Part shown: positions 20,783 through 32,560 of the stretch, piece by piece
How the letters are laid out: each line of letters opens with the position of its first letter
Numbering within the stretch: the first letter of the stretch is position 1
NCBI GenBank assembly: GCA_039028615.1
Contig: JBCCHT010000041.1
Location: 1 to 64,000, forward strand
DNA from: Myxococcota bacterium
GTDB lineage: Bacteria > Myxococcota_A > Polyangia > Nannocystales > Nannocystaceae
DNA length: 64,000 bases
Reading direction: 5' to 3'
Notes under the pieces: generated by a model
Database searches by the model: none
Told to the model about the DNA's origin: nothing
Seen by the model: only the letters and a program-made list of their open reading frames with translations
Translations under genes and position numbers: made by a program

Positions 20783-21607
20783 ATGAGAACCCCGTTTTTC
20801 ATCCCTCCGACCCCGCTCGCATCCGCCTCCGCGCGCCTGGCCGTGGCGCTCGGTCTGGGTACCGCCCTGAGCGCGGGCTGTGCCTTCGACAGCGAAGTGG
20901 CCGACCGCACCGCGGTCGATGTCGTCGTGGACAGCAGCGCCATCGTCACCTCGGAGACCGACATGGGCTACCGAGTGGAGCTGTCGCGCTGCCGCATGGC
21001 CATCGATGGTGTCCAGTTCACCACCGATGGGGAGCAGCATGCGACCTTGATGGGTCCGGTCATGGACCTGCTCATCCCCACCGCCCACGCCCACCCCGGG
21101 CACTACGGTGGTGGCGAGGTGGTGGGCGAGCTGCGTGAGCGCACCGTGTTCGACTGGCGTGCCGACGGCACCATGCTGGGTGAGGCCATCTTGCTGGACG
21201 CGAAGTACACGGGGGCCAACTTCGGCTTCACCCGGGCCCGCGTCGAAGACGGGGTTCATCCCGACGACCCCATCGTGGGCCATACCTTTCAGATCGAAGG
21301 CACGGCGACCCTCGATGGTGAGCGCTGGGAGTTTTCCGTGCTGCTCGACCAAGACGAAGGGCGCCGCGTCGTCGGCCTGCCGCTATCCCTCGATGTCGAC
21401 CCGAGCGAAGACCAGGCGCTGGTGCTCGGCCTGGAACTTCGCGTGGACGATCCCGTGGAAGGAGATTCCCTGTTCGACGGAGTCGACTTCGCCATGCTCG
21501 ACGAGGACGGGGACCACGTGGTGGTGCTCGAGCCGGGCTCGGACGCCTACAACCGCGTGCGCCGTAACACCCAGGGGCACGACCACTACGGAGTCGCGCC
21601 GCTATGA
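20783..21607 (+). CDS. His-rich lipoprotein, putative metal-binding TBDR partner
   Basis: Lipobox LSAG-C; AHAHPGH and GHDHY motifs. Confidence 0.7.
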   Translation: MRTPFFIPPTPLASASARLAVALGLGTALSAGCAFDSEVADRTAVDVVVDSSAIVTSETDMGYRVELSRCRMAIDGVQFTTDGEQHATLMGPVMDLLIPTAHAHPGHYGGGEVVGELRERTVFDWRADGTMLGEAILLDAKYTGANFGFTRARVEDGVHPDDPIVGHTFQIEGTATLDGERWEFSVLLDQDEGRRVVGLPLSLDVDPSEDQALVLGLELRVDDPVEGDSLFDGVDFAMLDEDGDHVVVLEPGSDAYNRVRRNTQGHDHYGVAPL

Positions 21608-22371
21608 TCCGCGCGTCCCACGGGCGAGCGGCGTGGTTGCTCGCCACCACCATCAGCGCCAGCGCCTGTGACCCCGAAGCGCTCGCGGTCGTCGAGCTGA
21701 CCGCCTACGGCGAAGAATTCGTCGAGGACGAAATCCCGGCCTCCGCCTTCGTCGACGGCTGGAGCATCGAGTTCTCGCGCTTCGTCGTGGCCCTGACCGA
21801 CATCGAAGTCGACGGCGAGCCCCTGCCCGGCCACTTCGCCATCGACCTGCGCGACGACTCTAGCGGCGAAGGACATCATTTGGGCGAGGTCGTGGTGCCC
21901 GCGGGCGCCCGGCCCCAGATCACCTACCGCGTCGCGCCCTTGCCCGAGCCCGGCCTCATGCCCGAGCCCGGTGCGTCGCTCGTGGTCGAGGGTCGCGCCC
22001 AGCGAGGGGAGCAAACCATCTCGTTCGCCTGGAGCTTCGACACCGACACCCGCTACGAGCACTGCGAGGGCGTGGAAGCGCTGGACTCCGACCTCGGCAA
22101 CCGCAGCGAGCTGACGCTGCACGCCGATCACCTGTTTTATGACGATCTCGAGGCCCCGGATCCCAACCTCGCCTTCGACGCGATCGCGGCCGCCGATACC
22201 GATGGCGACGGCGATGTCACCATGGACGAACTCGACGCGGTGCAGCTCGGCGCCGCCGAGCGGTACCAGGGCGGGGGCGGCCAGATCACCGATTTAGGCC
22301 ACTTCATCCGGGCTTTGACCCGCACGCTGGGCCATATCGACGGCGAAGGACACTGCGAAATCGGGCGCTGA
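21604..22371 (+). CDS. His-rich lipoprotein with EF-hand-like loop, putative metal-binding TBDR partner
   Basis: Lipobox ASA-C; GHHLG, LHADHLF, DTDGDGDVTMDEL and GHIDGEGHC; ATGA overlap with the previous gene. Confidence 0.7.
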   Translation: MIRASHGRAAWLLATTISASACDPEALAVVELTAYGEEFVEDEIPASAFVDGWSIEFSRFVVALTDIEVDGEPLPGHFAIDLRDDSSGEGHHLGEVVVPAGARPQITYRVAPLPEPGLMPEPGASLVVEGRAQRGEQTISFAWSFDTDTRYEHCEGVEALDSDLGNRSELTLHADHLFYDDLEAPDPNLAFDAIAAADTDGDGDVTMDELDAVQLGAAERYQGGGGQITDLGHFIRALTRTLGHIDGEGHCEIGR

Positions 22372-22389
22372 CTTTTTTCTCCATGCGCC

Positions 22390-22416
22390 TGTAAGAGCCT
22401 CGCGCGGGCCGGCGTT
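22390..22416 (+). promoter_or_regulatory. Candidate ECF-type promoter (TGTAAG-N17-CGTT) for the VWA gene
   Basis: Resembles ECF -35/-10 pairs (GTAA...CGT), is preceded by a T-tract and lies 16 nt before ATG 22433. Pattern match only. Confidence 0.25.
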
Positions 22417-22432
22417 CCGGGGCCGAACCGCC

Positions 22433-24379
22433 ATGCGACGCCCCACTCGAACCATCGTAGCCCTCGCCACTCCCCTGCTGGTCCTGCTCGCCTTCGGCTG
22501 CAAGAAATCCGCCGCTCCCGGCACGATGCCGCCGAGTGACATGAGCTACGAGGACGCCGACTACCCGGCCTACGAGGAGTCGACCAAGACGGCGTACGAC
22601 TACGACTACGACTACGAGGACGACGCGGGCGAAGCGGCGGAGTACGACGCGGACGACGGGGCCGACATCGCGCTCGCGAGCGAGGCGCCCGAGCCCATGG
22701 CGAGGTCGGCGGAGAGGAATGTAGTCGCGCTGGACAGCCGGAGCTCGCGGCGACGCGATCGCCGGTCCGCGCGCAAGGATCGCCGCAGCCGCAACAAAGC
22801 GAAGAACCGCGCGATGGCGGAGGCCCCCGCCTCTCCCTCGAGCCCGAGCGCGGCCGGGGCCTACGTGACCGACAGCTCGGCGACCGCCGTCGCCCCCGTC
22901 GCCGTAGCGCCCATGCCCACGCCGACCCACAACACCGAGGGCTACGACCACATCCAGGAAAACGACTTCATCGCGGTCGCCGACGACCCGCGCTCGACCT
23001 TCTCCATCGACGTCGACACGGCGTCCTACAGCAACATGCGTCGCTTCATTCGCGACGGCCAGCTGCCTCCCGCCGACGCGGTGCGCATCGAGGAGCTGGT
23101 GAACTACTTCGACTACGACTACGCCCAACCCACCGGCGACGACCCCTTCTCCGTGACCACCGAGGTCGCGCCTTGCCCCTGGGCGCCCGACCATCGCCTG
23201 GTGCACGTGGGCCTACAGGGCAAGGACGTGTCCGCCAAAGCGGTGCCTCCTCGCAACCTGGTGTTCCTGCTCGACGTGTCCGGCTCGATGAGCAGCCACG
23301 ACAAGCTGCCGCTGCTCAAGCGCGGGCTGGGCATGCTCGCCGACCAGCTCCGCCCGCAGGACCGCGTCTCCATCGTGGTCTACGCCGGAGCCTCGGGCGT
23401 GGTGCTCGACCCCACCTCCGACCGGGCCGAGATCAAGCACGCGCTCGGCCGCCTCGACGCGGGCGGCTCGACCAACGGCGGCGCGGGCATCGAGCTGGCC
23501 TATGAGCTCGCCAACCGCAACTTCAAAAAGGGCGGCATCAACCGCGTGATCCTGGCCACCGACGGCGACTTCAACGTCGGAGTGACCAGCCAGGGCGACC
23601 TCATCCGGCTCATCGAGTCCAAGCGCGAGTCGGGCGTATTCCTGTCGGTGCTCGGCTTCGGCACGGGCAACCTCCAGGACTCCACAATGGAGCAGCTGGC
23701 CGACAAGGGCAACGGTAACTACGCGTACATCGACAGCGCCACCGAGGCGCACAAGGTGCTGGTGGAGCAGGCGGGCGCGACCCTGATGACCATCGCCAAG
23801 GACGTGAAGATCCAGGTCGAGTTCAACCCGGTGGAGGTCTCGTCCTACCGTCTCGTCGGCTACGAGAACCGAGCCCTCGCCCATCGCGACTTCAACGACG
23901 ACACCAAGGACGCGGGCGAGATCGGGGCGGGCCACACCGTGACCGCGCTGTACGAGGTGGTGCCGACCGGCCGGGGCGTGGCCCCCGAGGTCGACCCCCT
24001 CAAGTACCAGGACTCGCCCACGGTGGCGGCCGCCGCCGACAGCGGCGAGCTGATGACGGTGAAGCTGCGCTACAAAAAGCCCGCCGGCTCACGCAGCAAG
24101 CTGCTCAGCGTGGCCATCGAGGACGACGACGGCTCCGTCGCCGACAGCTCCGCCGACTTCCGCTTCTCCGCCGCCGTGGCCGAGATGGGCCTTTTGCTCC
24201 GCAACAGCAAGTGGCGCGGGCAGGCCACGTGGGCCCAGGCCTACGAGCTGGCCAGCAGCGCGCAGGGGCACGATCCGGCGGGACGACGCGCCGAGTTCAA
24301 GAACCTCATCCGCCAGGCGGCCGAGCTTTCCGGGGGCAGCATCCGCAGCGCCCAGCGAGACGCCAAGATCGCTCGCTGA
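22433..24379 (+). CDS. VWA-domain lipoprotein (YfbK family: vWF_A-associated + VWA + DUF3520)
   Basis: Lipobox AFG-C; STFSIDVDTASY, VRIEELVNYF, MIDAS DVSGSM, ILATDGDFNVG, TIAKDVKIQVEFNP, YRLVGYENR, DAGEIG. Confidence 0.92.
   Translation: MRRPTRTIVALATPLLVLLAFGCKKSAAPGTMPPSDMSYEDADYPAYEESTKTAYDYDYDYEDDAGEAAEYDADDGADIALASEAPEPMARSAERNVVALDSRSSRRRDRRSARKDRRSRNKAKNRAMAEAPASPSSPSAAGAYVTDSSATAVAPVAVAPMPTPTHNTEGYDHIQENDFIAVADDPRSTFSIDVDTASYSNMRRFIRDGQLPPADAVRIEELVNYFDYDYAQPTGDDPFSVTTEVAPCPWAPDHRLVHVGLQGKDVSAKAVPPRNLVFLLDVSGSMSSHDKLPLLKRGLGMLADQLRPQDRVSIVVYAGASGVVLDPTSDRAEIKHALGRLDAGGSTNGGAGIELAYELANRNFKKGGINRVILATDGDFNVGVTSQGDLIRLIESKRESGVFLSVLGFGTGNLQDSTMEQLADKGNGNYAYIDSATEAHKVLVEQAGATLMTIAKDVKIQVEFNPVEVSSYRLVGYENRALAHRDFNDDTKDAGEIGAGHTVTALYEVVPTGRGVAPEVDPLKYQDSPTVAAAADSGELMTVKLRYKKPAGSRSKLLSVAIEDDDGSVADSSADFRFSAAVAEMGLLLRNSKWRGQATWAQAYELASSAQGHDPAGRRAEFKNLIRQAAELSGGSIRSAQRDAKIAR
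22595..22617 (+). repeat. (TACGAC)x~4 coding microsatellite (YDYDYDY)
   Basis: TACGAC TACGAC TACGAC TACGA seen directly. Confidence 0.8.
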
Positions 24380-24399
24380 GCCCCACCCGCTTCATCGTC

Positions 24400-24443
24400 G
24401 AGGACGCAGACTCCCGGGCCACCCGGCGAGTCTGCGTTCTTCG
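24400..24443. terminator. Long hairpin between convergent genes
   Basis: GACGCAGACTC-CCGGG-CCA-CCCGG-C-GAGTCTGCGTT inverted repeat between the stops at 24379 and 24448. Confidence 0.65.
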
Positions 24444-24447
24444 TGGT

Positions 24448-26051
24448 TCAGGGGACGTCCGCGCCCGCGTAGTCCATGGAGCGGTCGACGGTCGGGCGGG
24501 CATCGCCTTCGATGTCCGTGCGCGGATCCTCGACGGCCCCCCCGGCTTGCCACTGCGCCACGCCTTCGAGGGCCGAGCCGGCCGTGGTGTGCAGGTCGTT
24601 CGTGCTGACGAACACCGAGCCGTCGATCTCCACATTGCCCGTGCCGCCGATGAAGTTCATGTCGTCGGTCCCGGTGTAGGTCACGCTCGCGACCTCGGCC
24701 GTACACCCGATCGTCCCCGGCGTGGGCGAGACCACGGCCGAATTGCGAATGGTGCCCAGGGTGAACTCGTCGCAGATGATCCCGTCGGCGCCCGACGACG
24801 AGTTGAAGGCGATGGAGGTGTACAGGACCTCGAAGTTCCCCTGCTCGAAGCGCAGGCCCGACACGTTGGACACGCCCGGGAAGCCGTTGCCCCGGATGAA
24901 GCAGTTGACGATGTGGCTCTCGGAGGTGTCGGCATCGATGCCGCCGCCGCGGTTGCCCACGATCTCGGAACGGCGCACCCACAGCGGGGCGCAGGCGTCC
25001 CCGCTGATCGCGACCCCCTGGTCGGCGTCGTTGCCCGTGAGCCTCGAGTCGTCGACCCACAGCGAGCTGTTGTTGCAGCGCAGGTTGGCCCCCCCACCCC
25101 GCCGTCGCCGACGAAGTGCATGCCCGCGAAGTACGCGGTGGAGTTCAGCACCCGCACGATTTCCGGATCGCCGGCGTTGCCCGGCTCGACGGTGGGCTCC
25201 CCCGTCCATCCCATGATCGCGACCGTCTGCCCGGTGACGATGTTGACGGGCGGTGCGTAGTTCCCGGGGAATACCCGTACCGTACCCAGCTCGCCCACGG
25301 CCGAGATGCCGGCCCCGATGGTGCACAGCGGCATCTTCAGCGAGCCGTCCCCGCTGCCGCAGTCGGCGAAGGTGTTGTCCACGTAGACGACCGCGTCGGT
25401 GGGCATGCACGAGCCCACGTCGAGATTGCACGCGCTGTCGGGGCACTGCGCGTGCTCGAAACACGCCACGCAGGTGTCGTCGATGCACGCGGGGGTGTCC
25501 CCGCTGCACGCGCTCGCTTCTTCCGCGGTGCACAGCTGACAGCTCCCCGTGTCGGGGTTGCACGCCGGGGTCGCCTCATCGAGACCAGCGCAAAACGTGT
25601 CGGGCAGCGCCTCGCAGCCCACACACATGCCCGTGCCCTCGTCGCAGTACGGAGTCGACCCCCCGCAGTCGTCACAGCCCGCCCCCGACGTGGTGGTCGT
25701 GTCCGGGTCCGTGCTCACGGTGGTGTCGGGCTGCGGCGAGGTCTCGTCGCCGGTCGTGCTCTCGTCGACGGTGGTGGTCGCCGTGCCCTGGGTGGTCGGC
25801 GTATCGGTGGACACCCCGTCGAGCTGACAACCGGCCTGGCCCGGATCTTGGTCGACCGCCTCGGCCGTGGCCACGCATCCGTTGACCGCCGGGGTCTGGC
25901 TGCTCGGCGTACACGGGTCGCAGACCTGCGCCGCGAGGCAGGGTTCGTCACTATTGGCGCAGTGGTTGGGGTCCGCGATGATGCACCCCGGTGCCGCCAT
26001 CAGCCCCGCACTCACGGGTAACGTCGAGATGAGCCAGCGTAGGTAAGCCAT
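24448..26051 (-). pseudogene. Cys-rich lipoprotein with C-terminal beta-helix domain, split by a 1-nt frameshift in a G7 run (pseudogene, phase-variable gene or assembly error)
   Basis: The N-half (ORF from 26051, lipobox APG-C, Cys-rich repeats, VYVD...GDGS...P...I) reads sensibly to ...FVGDGGVGG. The C-half (ANLRCNNSSLWVDDSRLTGN...DIEGDARP...YAGADVP) continues in another frame. The junction is the C7 run at 25089-25095. Confidence 0.8.
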
Positions 26052-26105
26052 GGGCGGGCCCAGGGTGCCACGGGCCCGTGGGGCGCGGCAACGAGCCGCA
26101 TGACG

Positions 26106-26981
26106 CTAAAAACGGCCGTACATTCCGATCCCGCCGCTGCCACGACCCACCCACGGGTGCAGCGAGACGGTGGAATCGGCGGGGCTCGCCGGCTTTTTCG
26201 CGGTAGCGGCCTTGGCCCGACGGCGATCGACGCCCCACAGCACCGCTCCGACCACGGCGAACACGACCCCAGCGCCGAGCGCCGCGTAGCCGACAGGGCG
26301 AGTGGTGACCGCGTTGGTGGCCTCGAGCGGATCATCCTCCACGGGACGCGGCGACGGAACGATGAGCCCCACTCCGGTCAGCGCCGCGGCACCACCCACG
26401 ACGACCAACGACACGCCGGCCTTGCCCATCGGACCCAGGCCCTTGCGATCGTCGGTACCCGTCTCGGGGGCGGGCTCGGGTTCCGGCTCCGGCTCGGGTT
26501 CCGGCTCCGGCTCGGGCTCCGGCTGCGGCTCGACCATCAGCGGCGCGACCTCGACGGCCAACGCGGAGACCCGCTCGATGAGTTCGTCTTCGGTGCAGAG
26601 CCGACAATCGGAGCGACCCGCTCCGCCTTCGACGATCTCACCGTCATAGATGATCTCGTAGAGGATCGCGTAGCCGCCTGCCTTCTCGGGCTCGAGCACG
26701 AGACGAAGCTCGGGGCCCGCGGCGGCATCGGTGGGCTCGACGCCCTGCCCCTGCATGGACTCGGTGGCGAGCTTGGTGGCACGCCCGGCCAGCACCGGAC
26801 CGCCGTCGCCCAGCGCAGACGCGTCGACGAACACTCGACCGCGACGCGGCGGATCGCCCTGCGCGTCGAGGGCCGCCGTGCTCATCGTGCTCGTCGCCGC
26901 TTCGGCTCGTATCGGCGTGCCCACCACGGCGAGCGCGAGGGAACAGGCGAGGCTGGAGGGCAGAGCGATGACACGCATCAC
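26106..26981 (-). CDS. Secreted/membrane hypothetical protein with PE-repeat linker
   Basis: Signal peptide, CRLC motif, (PE)n linker, two hydrophobic segments, and C-terminal beta-strands ending in Phe. Confidence 0.75.
   Translation of the reverse strand: MMRVIALPSSLACSLALAVVGTPIRAEAATSTMSTAALDAQGDPPRRGRVFVDASALGDGGPVLAGRATKLATESMQGQGVEPTDAAAGPELRLVLEPEKAGGYAILYEIIYDGEIVEGGAGRSDCRLCTEDELIERVSALAVEVAPLMVEPQPEPEPEPEPEPEPEPEPAPETGTDDRKGLGPMGKAGVSLVVVGGAAALTGVGLIVPSPRPVEDDPLEATNAVTTRPVGYAALGAGVVFAVVGAVLWGVDRRRAKAATAKKPASPADSTVSLHPWVGRGSGGIGMYGRF
26473..26531 (-). repeat. Tandem 6/18-bp coding repeat (EPEPEP linker)
   Basis: GGCTCGGGTTCCGGCTCC occurs twice exactly (26473-26508), followed by degenerate hexamers. 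Confidence 0.85.
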
Positions 26982-27064
26982 GGTCAGCCATCAGCACACT
27001 ACGAATCGCCGGCGCCCGCAAGGGTCAGGACGCTACACCCAGGCCGTGCGACCCGGCTCGCACC

Positions 27065-29878
<2,814 letters not shown>

Positions 29879-29964
29879 GGCGCAAACGCTACCACGGACC
29901 CCGGGTTTGTGAGTATGCTGGGCGCCCCACCACGAGGGTGGGCTGCGAAAACCCTTTCCGTCCC

Positions 29965-31278
29965 ATGGCCGCAACGACTTCGACGGGCGCTCCGGGCATC
30001 CTCTATTTCGACCCCAACGCCACCACTGCCAAGCTCGCCACGGCTGGCTTGCATCTGGCGGGCTACCGGGTGTTCCACGCCTCCACCCAAGAAGAGGCGG
30101 TGAGCCTGTGTTCCGCGCACGGCCCCGGCGGTGACGCGAGCATCGTGGCGCTGCTGCTCGATACCGCGAGTTCGGCATCGGTCGCGGGGGCGACCCTCCG
30201 AGCGCTGGTCACCGTGCCCGGAGCAGCCGAGCTGCCCGGCATCCTTCTCGTCAGCCGAGCCAACCCCACGCCGATCCCCGGAGCCGAGGGCCTGCCCTCG
30301 CTCAAGCGGCCCTTCACGATCCCCGCCCTGCACAAAGTGTTGCGCGAGGCGATCGAAAGCGCGCCCAAGCCGGTCGCCGTGAGGCAAACCGCACCCAACG
30401 ACGAGATTCAAAAGCGGATCACCCAGGTGCTGTCGGAGATCATTCCGGGCATCGAGACCCCCGAGCCCAACATGGCTCGGCTCGCGTCGATCCTCGTCGA
30501 GGACGCCAAGCTCCCCACGCCCGCCACCGGCATCGCGATTTCCGGCGACGTGGCCAGCCTCCGCCTCGAGTCCGTGCTCTCCATGCTCGCCGACGACGGA
30601 GCCCGCGGGGTGTTCACCGTCGAGCACGGCGAGCGCTACAGCCGGCTGCACCTGGACCAGAGCTTCATCCGCTTCGCCGAGGTTCGAAACATCGACGAAG
30701 AAGATCTACGCCTCGGCCGCTTCATCGTGGAGGACGGCTTCTTGCCGCCCGAGATCGTCGAGGCGATCGCCGGCGAGGCCGACCCGCGCGGTCGCGTGCT
30801 CGGCCAGCGACTCGTCGACGGCGGCCAGCTCCAGCCCGGCGAGCTCGCCCAGGTGCTCGTGCACCAGGCTCGCGAGGTCACCTGTCACCTGCTTCGCTGG
30901 ACCGAGGGACGCATGACCTTCGCGCCCACCTCCGGCTTGCACCCGCTGGCCAAGGCGGTCGTCGAGGCGAAGGCCGAGCTGCGCATCTCCGAGGCCCTGC
31001 TCGACGCCCTGCGTCGCCACCATGAAGAGGCCGCCATGGGTCCTCACATGGCCGGGGTCGACGACGTCTATCTGCGGGTCGACAGCGAGGTCGCCAAGCT
31101 CGGTCGCCAGGCCTTCACCCGCCACGAGCTCGGCGTGCTCGAGCTGCTCAACGGTCGCCACAGCGTCAAGGAGATCGCCCGCAAGACCCGGTCGGGCACA
31201 TTCTCCGTGGCCACGATGCTCTACCGCCTGACCCGAGCCGGACTCACGCGCCCGCGCGTCGAGCCGCTGCAAACCTGA
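29965..31278 (+). CDS. Pseudo-receiver + DUF4388 (PATAN-like) + C-terminal wHTH-like protein
   Basis: REC-like N-terminus (ILYFDPN...LLLD...LKRPF). ISGDVASLRLESVLSML...GVFTV, RLGRFIVEDG, LGQRLVDGG, LLRWTEGRMTF. C-terminal ELLNGRHSVKEI. Confidence 0.75.
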   Translation: MAATTSTGAPGILYFDPNATTAKLATAGLHLAGYRVFHASTQEEAVSLCSAHGPGGDASIVALLLDTASSASVAGATLRALVTVPGAAELPGILLVSRANPTPIPGAEGLPSLKRPFTIPALHKVLREAIESAPKPVAVRQTAPNDEIQKRITQVLSEIIPGIETPEPNMARLASILVEDAKLPTPATGIAISGDVASLRLESVLSMLADDGARGVFTVEHGERYSRLHLDQSFIRFAEVRNIDEEDLRLGRFIVEDGFLPPEIVEAIAGEADPRGRVLGQRLVDGGQLQPGELAQVLVHQAREVTCHLLRWTEGRMTFAPTSGLHPLAKAVVEAKAELRISEALLDALRRHHEEAAMGPHMAGVDDVYLRVDSEVAKLGRQAFTRHELGVLELLNGRHSVKEIARKTRSGTFSVATMLYRLTRAGLTRPRVEPLQT

Positions 31279-31296
31279 GCCGCGAGCCCCTCCGCC

Positions 31297-31719
31297 ATGG
31301 CCTCCGCCCATCGTGTCCTGATCGCCGAGCCCGACGCCGATGAGCGCGAGCGGCTCTCGTCCGTGGTGCGTAGCGCGGGCGAAGCCGCCGGCCACGAGCT
31401 CGCCATCGACGAGGCCGGCGACGGCACCACGGCGCTCGCGCTATGGACTTCGGGTCAACCGCAGCTGGTGGTCTGCGAGATCCTGCTCGACGGTCTGTCC
31501 GGCCTCGCCCTGCTGCGGCGCATGAAGAACGAGCCCGGCGAGACGCCGCCCGTGATCTTCGTGACCCGCATGTCTCGCGAGAGCGATCGCTACTGGGGCC
31601 TACGCAACGGCGCCCACGCCTACTTGGCCAAGCCCTACGACGACGAGCAGCTCCGCTCCCGCGTCCGCGATCTGCTGGAAAAAGGCGTCGAGGCCTCGCG
31701 CCAGCGACCGCTCGACTAG
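31297..31719 (+). CDS. Single-domain response regulator, PilH-like, atypical (phospho-Asp replaced by Glu)
   Basis: VLIAEPD, PQLVVCEILLDGLSGL, VIFVT, DRYWGLRNGAHAYLAKP. Confidence 0.85.
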   Translation: MASAHRVLIAEPDADERERLSSVVRSAGEAAGHELAIDEAGDGTTALALWTSGQPQLVVCEILLDGLSGLALLRRMKNEPGETPPVIFVTRMSRESDRYWGLRNGAHAYLAKPYDDEQLRSRVRDLLEKGVEASRQRPLD

Positions 31720-31726
31720 CGCCACG

Positions 31727-32362
31727 CTAGCCGCAGCCGGCCAGCTCTTCTTTGGGGTAGTGGCCGAGCAGCTCCTCGACCAAGGGGCGCCGTTGATCTC
31801 GGCGCTCGATCCGTTTGGGCAAGACCTGGTGGAGCACGGACTCGAGCGAGACCCCCTGATAGAAGGTCAGCCGCTCCACGATCCAGCGATCGAGGCGGAC
31901 CCGCTTGCCCTCGATCGTGTCGACCGGGGTGTCGGCTGCCTCGGCGTGCAGCTCGGCGCGGAGCCGAGACGCCGCGCGGGTCATGGTCTGCACGTCGGCC
32001 TCGCGCCAGTCCACGTACAGCGAGTCGTGGCACCCGGCGAGGAACATCAAGCGCTTGAAGGGCATGTGCGCGCGGATCATCAAGATCGCGAGCTCGCGGC
32101 GCTGCGCATCGTCGAGCGCGTCGTCGAAGCGCCAGGTGCCGCGACCGTCGGGTGAAGTGCCCAGCATGACGAAGCCGTGCAGGTCCGGGTTGGCACGCGC
32201 GACCGCGAGCAGCTCCTCGTCGACCTGGCTGGCTGCGACCCGCTCACGCAGAGCTTGGAGTCGATCTCGTCCCACGACGATGTGCTCGACCGGCGTCACG
32301 ACCAACACCGCCCGCTTCCCGGTCGAGGTGTCCACCACCCGGGGTTCGATTTTCACGCTCAC
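31727..32362 (-). CDS. Hypothetical protein
   Basis: 211-aa ORF with globular composition, AAGGA upstream of GTG, fills the gap between genes; no motif recognised. Confidence 0.75.
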   Translation of the reverse strand: MSVKIEPRVVDTSTGKRAVLVVTPVEHIVVGRDRLQALRERVAASQVDEELLAVARANPDLHGFVMLGTSPDGRGTWRFDDALDDAQRRELAILMIRAHMPFKRLMFLAGCHDSLYVDWREADVQTMTRAASRLRAELHAEAADTPVDTIEGKRVRLDRWIVERLTFYQGVSLESVLHQVLPKRIERRDQRRPLVEELLGHYPKEELAGCG

Positions 32363-32560
32363 GCAATCCTTGCGATAGCACGGGTACCCGGCGGCATCGA
32401 GGCGCCACGATCACCTGCGAATCATCGCAAAGACACGGCGCCTCAAACGCCTCGGTGGGGCCCCTACGAGCCTCTATCGTTGCGAATTCGCGGATATTCG
32501 TTTCGAAGGGGAGAACGACGTCCATGTCGATTTTCGCCGTCCACCACAGGGTATCGGCAC

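Noticed and set aside
26473..26531. Tandem repeat as a CRISPR or phase-variation tract
   Set aside because: In-frame 6/18-bp coding repeat for a PE linker; no spacers and no cas genes.
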